Part shown: positions 62,986 through 64,000 of the stretch, one piece after another
How the letters are laid out: the number at the start of each line of letters is the position of its first letter
Numbering within the stretch: position 1 is the first letter of the stretch
DNA from: Glaucostegus cemiculus
Taxonomy: Eukaryota
Length of the DNA: 64,000 nucleotides
Assembly (NCBI GenBank): GCA_976551045.1
Contig: CDPCPM010000011.1
Location: 11,842,001 to 11,906,000, forward strand
Reading direction: 5' to 3'
Notes under the pieces: model-generated
What the model was told of the DNA's origin: nothing
What the model saw: only the letters and a program-made list of their open reading frames with translations
Database searches by the model: none
Made by a program: the position numbers and the translations under genes

Positions 62986-64000
62986 TTAATAATCCTTGAA
63001 TATTTTCCAAGGATAATTTACAAATTCTTGAAACATTCATCAATATTTATGCTAACTTTTGCTGAATTCTGTAACTCTAACAATGTACTTTCTGTACCCC
63101 AGATATCCCTGATGTTTATTTTTAAATGATTTGCATAATGTCTGTGCAAAGTATCTGCTTGTCACTGAAACAATAATGTGTCACTTCTTCTGATTTTGCT
63201 TGTTACTTCTTGGTTTATATTAATACGGAGTAGATTAACTGAGAAATGCAAAGTCAACAATTGGCCTAGTTCTGACTGCAGCAACCAATCATTCTGAAAG
63301 GTCATGGAGCCCATATAAAGAAGAGAGAGGTGGCTGTGTAAGCACAGGAATGCTTTGATAGACACTGTGTTTATTTCTAGTAACCTGCACCTGTTACAGT
63401 TCACTGCTGGTATACCCAGCCCCAGAAGCAGACCCTGTACCTCCTCAACAAAAGACAAACAGAAATTCCCATTGATCTATATGAGGAAACATTATCCGTT
63501 TCATTAAATGGACAGCACTGACTGAAACAACAGCAAACCTATTTGTTTAAAACAAGTGTTGCTGTATTAATTCACTTTGAATTCACCTGGTATTTAAAGA
63601 GACATTTCCTTCAAGCAGCCTGCATGGATTGGGTTTTGGAGCCATTGTATTATTGACAGTTAAACTGATGTACTATGCAATTGAATCTTAAAAGTTCAGA
63701 CAGTTCTCCTCAAGAACATACAAACAACCAAATTATTTGCTTTGGATCTAAAGATTATCAGTTTTTCATTCCTCTTTAAACAACAGTGCAGATGTACAAT
63801 AGTTAGATCAAACGTTGTGTTGAGTAGTCAAGAAAAAGGATTTGAAAACAGAGATGTCACGAAACACATTTGAAATAATGTGTAAATGGTTGATATCAGC
63901 AAATGATTGATGTTTGAACTGGAGTCATATTTTATCGGGGATTTTACCTTTGCAAATAGTTGTAAGAACTTGATTTGTCTCTGTACTCAGGTCATTGAAA

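Overview
This is AT-rich, CpG-depleted vertebrate genomic DNA, not prokaryotic. Its repeats (V-domain tRNA-SINEs, CR1/HER1, Rex1/Babar, L2, RTE, Tx1, Penelope-derived ends) point to a cartilaginous fish, probably a batoid; this is an inference from remembered repeat families, not a search. No host protein-coding gene can be identified with confidence, so the window looks intronic or intergenic, and almost all listed ORFs are transposon remnants or chance frames. The best-supported structure is a 1.29-kb internally deleted chromovirus (Sushi/Tf1-type Gypsy) at 59877-61170. It has two 408-bp LTRs, a 5-bp TSD, a PPT, a chromodomain remnant and a perfect 11-nt self-priming complement. Other points of interest: a duplicated ~230-bp unit carrying strong minus-strand splice acceptors, fold-back (template-switch) insertions in two Rex1 copies, a Rex1 fragment nested in a decayed Gypsy, V-SINEs with swapped 3' tails, and a speculative minus-strand two-exon secreted-protein model. 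I found no convincing wholly new biological system. Boundaries of old repeats are approximate and all counts are manual.
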